Shown: one piece after another, positions 63,898-64,000 of the stretch
Layout of the letters: each line of letters opens with the position of its first letter
Position numbering within the stretch: position 1 is the first letter of the stretch
Source of the DNA: Paraspadella gotoi
Taxonomy: Eukaryota; Animalia; Chaetognatha
Assembly (NCBI GenBank): GCA_051294375.1
Contig: CM119263.1
Span: 3,113,394 to 3,177,393 of the forward strand
Length of the DNA: 64,000 bases
Direction: 5' to 3'
Program-made: the position numbers and the translations under genes
The notes under the pieces: generated by a model
What the model was told of the DNA's origin: nothing
Seen by the model: the letters and a program-made list of their open reading frames with translations, nothing else
Database searches by the model: none

Positions 63898-64000
63898 TCC
63901 CTTCATTCTATTCAATCATCCTAAGCTTAGTTAAAATAAGAATAAAAGCAGATTTCATTTGAACCCATGAGAACGAATTTTAAGCCACCTCATTCCCCCC

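Overview
Animal (bilaterian invertebrate) genomic DNA, rich in microsatellites, with four N gaps. Most track ORFs are simple-repeat artefacts; the real genes are spliced and were rebuilt by hand from GT-AG junctions and phase. In order: (1) a multi-exon, low-complexity minus-strand gene (<1-15038) that appears nested antisense in an intron of (2) an SK/KCNN Ca2+-activated K+ channel gene (+, 15906-36893; S1/S2 exons not in the window; long extra C-terminal tail); (3) a compact, co-oriented minus-strand block MFSD1 -> intronless AP-4 beta-like -> RabX1/Rab5-group GTPase -> GSK3, the first three tightly spaced and all endolysosomal (operon-like); (4) a candidate CTCF pair and ~8 kb non-coding DNA; (5) the first two exons of a Gsx-like ParaHox gene (61778+). 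Penelope-type repeats carry minimal hammerhead ribozymes (25.7, 47.2, 56.2 kb), two with inverted tail duplications. All identifications rest on recalled motifs, not database searches.
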